Below, in pieces: positions 1 through 15,000 of a stretch of 64,000 nucleotides of DNA. The DNA comes from Eledone cirrhosa. Lineage: Eukaryota. The notes beneath the pieces were generated by a model that made no database searches, was not told where the DNA came from, and saw only the letters and a program-made list of their open reading frames with translations. Where the stretch lies: NCBI GenBank assembly GCA_964016885.1, contig OZ024740.1, positions 390,166,001-390,230,000 on the forward strand. The letters are read 5' to 3'. Each line of letters opens with the position of its first letter. The stretch's first letter is position 1. The position numbers were made by a program, and so were the translations under genes.

Positions 1-3000
1 CTATAGCATACAGTGTTGGCTAATGATCTATAGCATACAGTGTTGGTTAATGATCTATAGCATACAGTGTTGGCTAATGATCTATAGCATACAGTGTTGG
101 CTAATGATCTATAGCATACAGTGTTGGTTAATGATCTATAGCATACAGTGTTGGTTAATGATCTATAGCATACAGTGTTGGTTAATGATCTATAGCATAC
201 AGTGTTGGCTAATGATCTATAGCATACAGTGTTGGTTAATGATCTATAGCATACAGTGTTGGTTAATGATCTATAGCATACAGTGTTGGTTAATGATCTA
301 TAGCATACAGTGTTGGCTAATGATCTATAGCATACAGTGTTGGTTAATGATCTATAGCATACAGTGTTGGTTAATGATCTATAGCATACAGTGTTGGTTA
401 ATGATCTATAGCATACAGTGTTGGTTAATGATCTATAGCATACAGTGTTGGTTAATGATCTATAGCATACAGTGTTGGTTAATGATCTATAGCATACAGT
501 GTTGGTTAATGATCTATAGCATACAGTGTTGGTTAATGATCTATAGCATACAGTGTTGGTTAATGATCTATAGCATACAGTGTTGGTTAATGATCTATAG
601 CATACAGTGTTGGTTAATGATCTATAGCATACAGTGTTGGTTAATGATCTATAGCACACAGTGTTGGCTAATCATCTATAGCATACAGTGTTGGTTAATG
701 ATCTATAGCATACAGTGTTGGTTAATGATCTATAGCATACAGTGTTGGTTAATGATCTATAGCATACAGTGTTGGTTAATGATCTATAGCATACAGTGTT
801 GGTTAATGATCTATAGCATACAGTGTTGGTTAATGATCTATAGCATACAGTGTTGGTTAATGATCTATAGCATACAGTGTTGGTTAATGATCTATAGCAT
901 ACAGTGTTGGCTAATGATCTATAGCATACAGTGTTGGTTAATGATCTATAGCATACAGTGTTGGTTAATGATCTATAGCATACAGTGTTGGCTAATGATC
1001 TATAGCATACAGTGTTGGTTAATGATCTATAGCATACAGTGTTGGTTAATGATCTATAGCATACAGTGTTGGTTAATGATCTATAGCATACAGTGTTGGT
1101 TAATGATCTATAGCATACAGTGTTGGTTAATGATCTATAGCATACAGTGTTGGTTAATGATCTATAGCATACAGTGTTGGTTAATGATCTATAGCATACA
1201 GTGTTGGTTAATGATCTATAGCATACAATGTTGGTTAATGATCTATAGCATACAGTGTTGGTTAATGATCTATAGCATACAGTGTTGGTTAATGATCTAT
1301 AGCATACAGTGTTGGCTAATGATCTATAGCATACAGTGTTGGTTTATGATCTATAGCATACAGTGTTGGTTAATGATCTATAGCATACAGTGTTGGCTAA
1401 TGATCTATAGCATACAGTGTTGGTTAATGATCTATAGCATACGGTGTTGGTTAATGATCTATAGCATACAGTGTTGGTTAATGATTTATAGCACACAGTG
1501 TTGGTTAATGATCTATAGCATACAGTGTTGGTTAATGATCTATAGCATACAGTGTTGGTTAATGATCTATAGCATACAGTGTTGGTTAATAATCTATAGC
1601 ATACAGTGTTGGCTAATGATCTATAGCATACAGTGTTGGTTAATGATCTATAGCATACAGTGTTGGTTAATGATCTATAGCATACAGTGTTGGTTAATGA
1701 TTTATAGCACACAGTGTTGGTTAATGATCTATAGCATACAGTGTTGATTAATGATCTATAGCATACAGTGTTGGTTAATGATCTATAGCATACAGTGTTG
1801 GTTAATGATCTATAGCATACAGTGTTGGTTAATGATCTATAGCATACAGTGTTGGTTAATGATCTATAGCATACAGTGTTGGTTAATGATCTATAGCATA
1901 CAGTGTTGGCTAATGATCTATAGCATACAGTGTTGGTTAATGATCTATAGCATACAGTGTTGGTTAATGATCTATAGCATACAGTGTTGGTTAATGATCT
2001 ATAGCATACAGTGTTGGTTAATGATCTATAGCATACAGTGTTGGTTAATGATCTATAGCATACAGTGTTGGTTAATGATCTATAGCATACAGTGTTGGTT
2101 AATGATCTATAGCATACAGTGTTGGTTAATGATTTATAGCACACAGTGTTGGTTAATGATCTATAGCATACAGTGTTGGTTAATGATCTATAGCATACAG
2201 TGTTGGTTAATGATCTATAGCATACAGTGTTGGTTAATGATTTATAGCACACAGTGTTGGTTAATGATCTATAGCATACAGTGTTGGTTAATGATCTATA
2301 GCATACAGTGTTGGTTAATGATCTATAGCATACAGTGTTGGTTAATGATCTATAGCATACAGTGTTGGTTAATGATCTATAGCATACAGTGTTGGTTAAT
2401 GATCTATAGCATACAGTGTTGGCTAATGATCTATAGCATACAGTGTTGGTTAATGATCTATAGCATACAGTGTTGGCTAATGATCTATAGCATACAGTGT
2501 TGGTTAATGATCTATAGCATACAGTGTTGGTTAATGATCTATAGCATACAGTGTTGGTTAATGATCTATAGCATACAGTGTTGGTTAATGATCTATAGCA
2601 TACAGTGTTGGTTAATGATCTATAGCATACAGTGTTGGCTAATGATCTATAGCATACAGTGTTGGTTAATGATCTATAGCACACAGTGTTGGTTAATGAT
2701 CTATAGCATACAGTGTTGGTTAATGATCTATAGCATACAGTGTTGGCTAATGATCTATAGCATACAGTGTTGGTTAATGATCTATAGCATACAGTGTTGG
2801 TTAATGATCTATAGCATACAGTGTTGGTTAATGATCTATAGCATACAGTGTTGGCTAATGATCTATAGCATACAGTGTTGGCTAATGATCTATAGCATAC
2901 AGTGTTGGCTAATGATCTATAGCACACAGTGTTGGTTAATGATCTATAGCATACAGTGTTGGCTAATGATCTATAGCATACAGTGTTGGCTAATGATCTA

Positions 3001-6000
3001 TAGCATACAGTGTTGGTTAATGATCTATAGCATACAGTGTTGGCTAATGATCTATAGCATACAGTGTTGGCTAATGATCTATAGCACACAGTGTTGGTTA
3101 ATGATCTATAGCATACAGTGTTGGTTAATGATCTATAGCATACAGTGTTGGTTAATGATCTATAGCATACAGTGTTGGTTAATGATCTATAGCATACAGT
3201 GTTGGTTAATGATCTATAGCATACAGTGTTGGCTAATGATCTATAGCACACAGTGTTGGTTAATGATTTATAGCACACAGTGTTGGTTAATGATCTATAG
3301 CATACAGTGTTGGCTAATGATCTATAGCATACAGTGTTGATTAATGATCTATAGCATACAGTGTTGGCTAATGATCTATAGCATACAGTGTTGATTAATG
3401 ATCTATAGCATACAGTGTTGGCTAATGATTTATAGCACAGTGTTGGTTAATGATCTATAGCATACAGTGTTGGTTAATGATCTATAGCATACAGTGTTGG
3501 TTAATGATCTATAGCATACAGTGTTGGTTAATGATCTATAGCATACAGTGTTGGTTAATGATCTATAGCATACAGTGTTGGTTAATGATCTATAGCATAC
3601 AGTGTTGGTTAATGATCTATAGCATACAGTGTTGGTTAATGATCTATAGCATACAGTGTTGGTTAATGATTTATAGCACACAGTGTTGGTTAATGATCTA
3701 TAGCATACAGTGTTGGTTAATGATCTATAGCATACAGTGTTGGTTAATGATCTATAGCATACAGCGTTGGTTAATGATCTATAGCATACAGTGTTGGCTA
3801 ATGATCTATAGCATACAGTGTTGGTTAATGATCTATAGCATACAGTGTTGGTTAATGATCTATAGCATACAGTGTTGGTTAATGATTTATAGCACACAGT
3901 GTTGGTTAATGATCTATAGCATACAGTGTTGGTTAATGATCTATAGCATACAGTGTTGGTTAATGATCTATAGCATACAGTGTTGGTTAATGATCTATAG
4001 CATACAGTGTTGGTTAATGATCTATAGCATACAGTGTTGGTTAATGATCTATAGCATACAGTGTTGGTTAATGATCTATAGCATACAGTGTTGGTTAATG
4101 ATCTATAGCATACAGTGTTGGTTAATGATCTATAGCATACAGTGTTGGTTAATGATTTATAGCACACAGTGTTGGTTAATGATCTATAGCATACAGTGTT
4201 GGTTAATGATCTATAGCATACAGTGTTGGTTAATGATCTATAGCATACAGTGTTGGTTAATGATCTATAGCATACAGTGTTGGCTAATGATCTATAGCAT
4301 ACAGTGTTGGCTAATGATCTATAGCATACAGTGTTGGTTAATGATCTATAGCATACTGTGTTGGTTAATGATCTATAGCACACACTGTTGGTTAATGATC
4401 TATAACACACAGTGTTGGCTAATGATCTATAGCATACAGTGTTGGTTAATGATCTATAGCATACAGTGTTGGTTAATGATCTATAGCATACAGTGTTGGT
4501 TAATGATCTATAGCATACAGTGTTGGCTAATGATCTATAGCACACAGTGTTGGCTAATGATCTATAGCATACAGTGTTGATTAATGATCTATAGCATACA
4601 GAGTTGGCTAATGATTTATAGCACAGTGTTGGTTAATGATCTATAGCATACAGTGTTGGTTAATGATCTATAGCATACAGTGTTGGTTAATGATCTATAG
4701 CATACAGTGTTGGTTAATGATTTATAGCACACAGTGTTGGTTAATGATCTATAGCATACAGTGTTGGTTAATGATCTATAGCATACAGTGTTGGTTAATG
4801 ATCTATAGCATACAGTGTTGGTTAATGATCTATAGCATACAGTGTTGGCTAATGATCTATAGCATACAGTGTTGGTTAATGATCTATAGCATACAGTGTT
4901 GGTTAATGATCTATAGCATACAGTGTTGGTTAATGATTTATAGCACACAGTGTTGGTTAATGATCTATAGCATACAGTGTTGGTTAATGATCTATAGCAT
5001 ACAGTGTTGGTTAATGATCTATAGCATACAGTGTTGGTTAATGATCTATAGCATACAGTGTTGGTTAATGATCTATAGCATACAGTGTTGGTTAATGATC
5101 TATAGCATACAGTGTTGGTTAATGATCTATAGCATACAGTGTTGGTTAATGATCTATAGCATACAGTGTTGGTTAATGATCTATAGCATACAGTGTTGGT
5201 TAATGATCTATAGCATACAGTGTTGGTTAATGATCTATAGCATACAGTGTTGGTTAATGATCTATAGCATACAGTGTTGGTTAATGATCTATAGCATACA
5301 GTGTTGGTTAATGATCTATAGCATACAGTGTTGGTTAATGATCTATAGCATACAGTGTTGGTTAATGATCTATAGCATACAGTGTTGGTTAATGATCTAT
5401 AGCACACAGTGTTGGTTAATGATCTATAGCATACAGTGTTGGTTAATGATCTATAGCATACAGTGTTGGCTAATGATCTATAGCATACAGTGTTGGTTAA
5501 TGATCTATAGCATACAGTGTTGGCTAATGATCTATAGCATACAGTGTTGGTTAATGATCTATAGCATACAGTGTTGGCTAATGATCTATAGCATACAGTG
5601 TTGGCTAATGATCTATAGCATACAGTGTTGGTTAATGATCTATAGCATACAGTGTTGGTTAATGATCTATAGCATACAGTGTTGGTTAATGATCTATAGC
5701 ATACAGTGTTGGCTAATGATCTATAGCACACAGTGTTGGCTAATGATCTATAGCATACAGTGTTGATTAATGATCTATAGCATACAGTGTTGGCTAATGA
5801 TTTATAGCACAGTGTTGGTTAATGATCTATAGCATACAGTGTTGGTTAATGATCTATAGCATACAGTGTTGGTTAATGATCTATAGCATACAGTGTTGGT
5901 TAATGATCTATAGCATACAGTGTTGGTTAATGATTTATAGCACACAGTGTTGGTTAATGATCTATAGCATACAGTGTTGGTTAATGATCTATAGCATACA

Positions 6001-9000
6001 GTGTTGGTTAATGATCTATAGCATACAGTGTTGGTTAATGATCTATAGCATACAGTGTTGGTTAATGATCTATAGCATACAGTGTTGGCTAATGATCTAT
6101 AGCATACAGTGTTGGTTAATGATCTATAGCATACAGTGTTGGTTAATGATCTATAGCATACAGTGTTGGTTAATGATTTATAGCACACAGTGTTGGTTAA
6201 TGATCTATAGCATACAGTGTTGGTTAATGATCTATAGCATACAGTGTTGGTTAATGATCTATAGCATACAGTGTTGGTTAATGATCTATAGCATACAGTG
6301 TTGGTTAATGATCTATAGCATACAGTGTTGGTTAATGATCTATAGCATACAGTGTTGGTTAATGATCTATAGCATACAGTGTTGGTTAATGATCTATAGC
6401 ATACAGTGTTGGTTAATGATCTATAGCATACAGTGTTGGTTAATGATTTATAGCACACAGTGTTGGTTAATGATCTATAGCATACAGTGTTGGTTAATGA
6501 TCTATAGCATACAGTGTTGGTTAATGATCTATAGCATACAGTGTTGGTTAATGATCTATAGCATACAGTGTTGGCTAATGATCTATAGCATACAGTGTTG
6601 GCTAATGATCTATAGCATACAGTGTTGGTTAATGATCTATAGCATACTGTGTTGGTTAATGATCTATAGCACACACTGTTGGTTAATGATCTATAGCACA
6701 CAGTGTTGGCTAATGATCTATAGCATACAGTGTTGGTTAATGATCTATAGCATACAGTGTTGGTTAATGATCTGTAGCATACAGTGTTGGTTAATGATCT
6801 ATAGCATACAGTGTTGGTTAATGATCTATAGCATACAGTGTTGGTTAATGATCTATAGCATACAGTGTTGGTTAATGATCTATAGCATACAGTGTTGGTT
6901 AATGATCTATAGCATACAGTGTTGGTTAATGATCTATAGCATACAGTGTTGGTTAATGATCTATAGCATACAGTGTTGGTTAATGATCTATAGCATACAG
7001 TGTTGGTTAATGATCTATAGCATACAGTGTTGGTTAATGATCTATAGCATACAGTGTTGGCTAATGATCTATAGCATACAGTGTTGGTTAATGATCTATA
7101 GCATACAGTGTTGGCTAATGATCTATAGCATACAGTGTTGGCTAATGATCTATAGCATACAGTGTTGGTTAATGATCTATAGCATACAGTGTTGGTTAAT
7201 GATCTATAGCATACAGTGTTGGTTAATGATCTATAGCATACAGTGTTGGCTAATGATCTATAGCATACAGTGTTGGTTAATGATCTATAGCATACAGTGT
7301 TGGTTAATGATCTATAGCATACAGTGTTGGTTAATGATCTATAGCATACAGTGTTGGTTAAAGATTTATAGCACACAGTGTTGGTTAATGATCTATAGCA
7401 TACAGTGTTGGTTAATGATTTATAGCACACAGTGTTGGTTAATGATCTATAGCATACAGTGTTGGTTAATGATCTATAGCATACAGTGTTGGTTAATGAT
7501 CTATAGCATACAGTGTTGGTTAATGATCTATAGCATACAGTGTTGGTTAATGATCTATAGCATACAGTGTTGGCTAATGATCTATAGCATACAGTGTTGG
7601 TTAATGATCTATAGCATACAGTGTTGGTTAATGATCTATAGCATACAGTGTTGGTTAATGATTTATAGCACACAGTGTTGGTTAATGATCTATAGCATAC
7701 AGTGTTGGTTAATGATCTATAGCATACAGTGTTGGTTAATGATCTATAGCATACAGTGTTGGTTAATGATCTATAGCATACAGTGTTGGTTAATGATCTA
7801 TAGCATACAGTGTTGGTTAATGATCTATAGCATACAGTGTTGGTTAATGATCTATAGCATACAGTGTTGGTTAATGATCTATAGCATACAGTGTTGGTTA
7901 ATGATCTATAGCATACAGTGTTGGTTAATGATTTATAGCACACAGTGTTGGTTAATGATCTATAGCATACAGTGTTGGTTAATGATCTATAGCATACAGT
8001 GTTGGTTAATGATCTATAGCATACAGTGTTGGTTAATGATCTATAGCATACAGTGTTGGCTAATGATCTATAGCATACAGTGTTGGCTAATGATCTATAG
8101 CATACAGTGTTGGTTAATGATCTATAGCATACTGTGTTGGTTAATGATCTATAGCACACACTGTTGGTTAATGATCTATAGCACACAGTGTTGGCTAATG
8201 ATCTATAGCATACAGTGTTGGTTAATGATCTATAGCATACAGTGTTGGTTAATGATCTATAGCATACAGTGTTGGTTAATGATCTATAGCATACAGTGTT
8301 GGTTAATGATCTATAGCATACAGTGTTGGTTAATGATCTATAGCATACAGTGTTGGTTAATGATCTATAGCATACAGTGTTGGTTAATGATCTATAGCAT
8401 ACAGTGTTGGTTAATGATCTATAGCATACAGTGTTGGTTAATGATCTATAGCATACAGTGTTGGTTAATGATCTATAGCATACAGTGTTGGCTAATGATC
8501 TATAGCACACAGTGTTGGCTAATGATCTATAGCATACAGTGTTGATTAATGATCTATAGCATACAGTGTTGGCTAATGATTTATAGCACAGTGTTGGTTA
8601 ATGATCTATAGCATACAGTGTTGGTTAATGATCTATAGCATACAGTGTTGGTTAATGATCTATAGCATACAGTGTTGGTTAATGATCTATAGCATACAGT
8701 GTTGGTTAATGATCTATAGCATACAGTGTTGGTTAATGATCTATAGCATACAGTGTTGGTTAATGATCTATAGCATACAGTGTTGGTTAATGATCTATAG
8801 CATACAGTGTTGGCTAATGATCTATAGCACACAGTGTTGGCTAATGATCTATAGCATACAGTGTTGATTAATGATCTATAGCATACAGTGTTGGCTAATG
8901 ATTTATAGCACAGTGTTGGTTAATGATCTATAGCATACAGTGTTGGTTAATGATCTATAGCATACAGTGTTGGTTAATGATCTATAGCATACAGTGTTGG

Positions 9001-12000
9001 TTAATGCTCTATAGCATACAGTGTTGGTTAATGATTTATAGCACACAGTGTTGGTTAATGATCTATAGCATACAGTGTTGGTTAATGATCTATAGCATAC
9101 AGTGTTGGTTAATGATCTATAGCATACAGTGTTGGCTAATGATCTATAGCATACAGTGTTGGTTAATGATCTATAGCATACAGTGTTGGTTAATGATCTA
9201 TAGCATACAGTGTTGGTTAATGATTTATAGCACACAGTGTTGGTTAATGATCTATAGCATACAGTGTTGGTTAATGATCTATAGCATACAGTGTTGGTTA
9301 ATGATCTATAGCATACAGTGTTGGTTAATGATCTATAGCATACAGTGTTGGTTAATGATCTATAGCATACAGTGTTGGTTAATGATCTATAGCATACAGT
9401 GTTGGTTAATGATCTATAGCATACAGTGTTGGTTAATGATCTATAGCATACAGTGTTGGTTAATGATCTATAGCATACAGTGTTGGTTAATGATTTATAG
9501 CACACAGTGTTGGTTAATGATCTATAGCATACAGTGTTGGTTAATGATCTATAGCATACAGTGTTGGTTAATGATCTATAGCATACAGTGTTGGTTAATG
9601 ATCTATAGCATACAGTGTTGGCTAATGATCTATAGCATACAGTGTTGGCTAATGATCTATAGCATACAGTGTTGGTTAATGATCTATAGCATACTGTGTT
9701 GGTTAATGATCTATAGCACACACTGTTGGTTAATGATCTATAGCACACAGTGTTGGCTAATGATCTATAGCATACAGTGTTGGTTAATGATCTATAGCAT
9801 ACAGTGTTGGTTAATGATCTATAGCATACAGTGTTGGTTAATGATCTATAGCATACAGTGTTGGTTAATGATCTATAGCATACAGTGTTGGTTAATGATC
9901 TATAGCACACAGTGCTGGCTAATGATCTATAGCATACAGTGTTGGTTAATGATTTATAGCATACAGTGTTGGCTAATGATCTATAGCATACAGTGTTGGT
10001 TAATGATCTATAGCATACAGTGTTGGTTAATGATCTATAGCATACAGTGTTGGTTAATGATCTATAGCATACAGTGTTGGTTAATGATCTATAGCATACA
10101 GTGTTGGTTAATGATCTATAGCATACAGTGTTGGTTAATGATCTATAGCATACAGTGTTGGTTAATGTTCTATAGCATACAGTGTTGGTTAATGATCTAT
10201 AGCATACAGTGTTGGTTAATGATCTATAGCATACAGTGTTGGTTAATGATCTATAGCATACAGTGTTTTCTAATGATCTATAGCATACAGTGTTGGTTAA
10301 TGATCTATAGCATACAGTGTTGGTTAATGATCTATAGCATACAGTGTTGGCTAATGATCTATAGCATACAGTGTTGGTTAATGATCTATAGCATACAGTG
10401 TTGGTTAATGATCTATAGCATACAGTGTTGGTTAATGATCTATAGCATACAGTGTTGGTTAATGATCTATAGCATACAGTGTTGGTTAATGATCTATAGC
10501 ATACAGTGTTGGTTAATGATCTATAGCATACAGTGTTGGTTAATGTTCTATAGCATACAGTGTTGGTTAATGATCTATAGCATACAGTGTTGGTTAATGA
10601 TCTATAGCATACAGTGTTGGTTAATGATCTATAGCATACAGTGTTGGCTAATGATCTATAGCATACAGTGTTGGTTAATGATCTATAGCATACAGTGTTG
10701 GTTAATGATCTATAGCATACAGTGTTGGCTAATGATCTATAGCATACAGTGTTGGCTAATGATCTATAGCATACAGTGTTGGTTAATGATCTATAGCATA
10801 CAGTGTTGGTTAATGATCTATAGCATACAGTGTTGGTTAATGATCTATAGCATACAGTGTTGGTTAATGATCTATAACATACAGTGTTGGTTAATGATCT
10901 ATAGCATACAGTGTTGGTTAATGATCTATAGCATACAGTGTTGGTTAATGATCTATAGCATACAGTGTTGGTTAATGATCTATAGCACACAGTGTTGGTT
11001 AATGATCTATAGCATACAGTGTTGGTTAATGATCTATAGCATACAGTGTTGGTTAATGATCTATAGCATACAGTGTTGGTTAATGATTTATAGCACACAG
11101 TGTTGGTTAATGATCTATAGCATACAGTGTTGGTTAATGATCTATAGCATACAGTGTTGGTTAATGATCTATAGCATACAGTGTTGGTTAATGATCTATA
11201 GCATACAGTGTTGGTTAATGATCTATAGCATACAGTGTTGGTTAATGATCTATAGCATACAGTGTTGGCTCATGATCTATAGCATACAGTGTTGGTTAAT
11301 GATCTATAGCATACAGTGTTGGTTAATGATCTATAGCATACAGTGTTGGTTAATGATCTATAGCATACAGTGTTGGTTAATGATTTATAGCACACAGTGT
11401 TGGTTAATGATCTATAGCATACAGTGTTGGTTAATGATCTATAGCATACAGTGTTGGTTAATGATCTATAGCATACAGTGTTGGTTAATGATCTATAGCA
11501 TACAGTGTTGGTTAATGATCTATAGCATACAGTGTTGGTTAATGATCTATAGCATACAGTGTTGGTTAATGATCTATAGCATACAGTGCTGGCTAATGAT
11601 CTATAGCACACAGTGTTGGCTAATGATCTATAGCATACAGTGTTGATTAATGATCTATAGCATACAGTGTTGGCTAATGATTTATAGCACAGTGTTGGTT
11701 AATGATCTATAGCATACAGTGTTGGTTAATGATCTATAGCATACAGTGTTGGTTAATGATCTATAGCATACAGTGTTGGTTAATGATCTATAGCATACAG
11801 TGTTGGTTAATGATCTATAGCATACAGTGTTGGTTAATGATTTATAGCACACAGTGTTGGTTAATGATCTATAGCATACAGTGTTGGTTAATGATCTATA
11901 GCATACAGTGTTGGTTAATGATCTATAGCATACAGTGTTGGTTAATGATCTATAGCATACAGTGTTGGCTAATGATCTATAGCATACAGTGTTGGTTAAT

Positions 12001-15000
12001 GATCTATAGCATACAGTGTTGGTTAATGATCTATAGCATACAGTGTTGGTTAATGATCTATAGCATACAGTGTTGGTTAATGATTTATAGCACACAGTGT
12101 TGGTTAATGATCTATAGCATACAGTGTTGGTTAATGATCTATAGCATACAGTGTTGGTTAATGATCTATAGCATACAGTGTTGGTTAATGATCTATAGCA
12201 TACAGTGTTGGTTAATGATCTATAGCATACAGTGTTGGTTAATGATCTATAGCATACAGTGTTGGTTAATGATCTATAGCATACAGTGTTGGTTAATGAT
12301 CTATAGCATACAGTGTTGGTTAATGATCTATAGCATACAGTGTTGGCTAATGATCTATAGCACACAGTGTTGGCTAATGATCTATAGCATACAGTGTTGA
12401 TTAATGATCTATAGCATACAGTGTTGGCTAATGATTTATAGCACAGTGTTGGTTAATGATCTATAGCATACAGTGTTGGTTAATGATCTATAGCATACAG
12501 TGTTGGTTAATGATCTATAGCATACAGTGTTGGTTAATGATCTATAGCATACAGTGTTGGTTAATGATTTATAGCACACAGTGTTGGTTAATGATCTATA
12601 GCATACAGTGTTGGTTAATGATCTATAGCATACAGTGTTGGTTAATGATCTATAGCATACAGTGTTGGTTAATGATCTATAGCATACAGTGTTGGTTAAT
12701 GATTTATAGCACACAGTGTTGGTTAATGATCTATAGCATACAGTGTTGGTTAATGATCTATAGCATACAGTGTTGGTTAATGATCTATAGCATACAGTGT
12801 TGGTTAATGATCTATAGCATACAGTGTTGGCTAATGATCTATAGCACACAGTGTTGGCTAATGATCTATAGCATACAGTGTTGATTAATGATCTATAGCA
12901 TACAGTGTTGGCTAATGATTTATAGCACAGTGTTGGTTAATGATCTATAGCATACAGTGTTGGTTAATGATCTATAGCATACAGTGTTGGTTAATGATCT
13001 ATAGCATACAGTGTTGGTTAATGATCTATAGCATACAGTGTTGGTTAATGATTTATAGCACACAGTGTTGGTTAATGATCTATAGCATACAGTGTTGGTT
13101 AATGATCTATAGCATACAGTGTTGGTTAATGATCTATAGCATACAGTGTTGGTTAATGATCTATAGCATACAGTGTTGGCTAATGATCTATAGCATACAG
13201 TGTTGGTTAATGATCTATAGCATACAGTGTTGGTTAATGATCTATAGCATACAGTGTTGGTTAATGATTTATAGCACACAGTGTTGGTTAATGATCTATA
13301 GCATACAGTGTTGGTTAATGATCTATAGCATACAGTGTTGGTTAATGATCTATAGCATACAGTGTTGGTTAATGATCTATAGCATACAGTGTTGGTTAAT
13401 GATCTATAGCATACAGTGTTGGTTAATGATCTATAGCATACAGTGTTGGTTAATGATCTATAGCATACAGTGTTGGTTAATGATCTATAGCATACAGTGT
13501 TGGTTAATGATCTATAGCATACAGTGTTGGTTAATGATCTATAGCATACAGTGTTGGTTAATGATTTATAGCACACAGTGTTGGTTAATGATCTATAGCA
13601 TACAGTGTTGGTTAATGATCTATAGCATACAGTGTTGGTTAATGATCTATAGCATACAGTGTTGGTTAATGATCTATAGCATACAGTGTTGGCTAATGAT
13701 CTATAGCATACAGTGTTGGCTAATGATCTATAGCATACAGTGTTGGTTAATGATCTATAGCATACTGTGTTGGTTAATGATCTATAGCACACACTGTTGG
13801 TTAATGATCTATAGCACACAGTGTTGGCTAATGATCTATAGCATACAGTGTTGGTTAATGATCTATAGCATACAGTGTTGGTTAATGATCTATAGCATAC
13901 AGTGTTGGTTAATGATCTATAGCATACAGTGTTGGTTAATGATCTATAGCATACAGTGTTGGCTAATGATCTATAGCACACAGTGTTGGCTAATGATCTA
14001 TAGCATACAGTGTTGATTAATGATCTATAGCATACAGTGTTGGCTAATGATTTATAGCATACAGTGTTGGTTAATGATCTATAGCACACAGTGTTGGTTA
14101 AAGATTTATAGCATACAGTGTTGGTTAATGATCTATAGCATACAGTGTTGGTTAAAGATTTATAGCATACAGTGTTGGTTAATGATCTATAGCATACAGT
14201 GTTGGTTAAAGATTTATAGCATACAGTGTTGGTTAATGATCTATAGCATACAGTGTTGGTTAATGTTCTATAGCATACAGTGTTGGTTAATGATCTATAG
14301 CATACAGTGTTGGTTAATGATCTATAGCACACAGTGTTGGTTAATGATCTATAGCATACAGTGTTGGTTAATGATCTATAGCACACAGTGTTGGTTAATG
14401 ATCTATAGCATACAGTGTTGGCTAATGATCTATAGCATACAGTGTTGGTTAATGATCTATAGCATACAGTGTTGGTTAATGATCTATAGCATACAGTGTT
14501 GGTTAATGTTCTATAGCATACAGTGTTGGTTAATGATCTATAGCATACAGTGTTGGTTAATGATCTATAGCACACAGTGTTGGTTAATGATCTATAGCAT
14601 ACAGTGTTGGTTAATGTTCTATAGCACACAGTGTTGGTTAATGATCTATAGCATACAGTGTTGGCTAATGATCTATAGCATACAGTGTTGGTTAATGATC
14701 TATAGCATACAGTGTTGGTTAATGATCTATAGCATACAGTGTTGGTTAATGTTCTATAGCATACAGTGTTGGTTAATGATCTATAGCATACAGTGTTGGT
14801 TAATGATCTATAGCACACAGTGTTGGTTAATGATCTATAGCATACAGTGTTGGTTAATGATCTATAGCACACAGTGTTGGTTAATGATCTATAGCATACA
14901 GTGTTGGCTAATGATCTATAGCATACAGTGTTGGTTAATGATCTATAGCATACAGTGTTGGCTAATGATCTATAGCATACAGTGTTGGTTAATGATCTAT

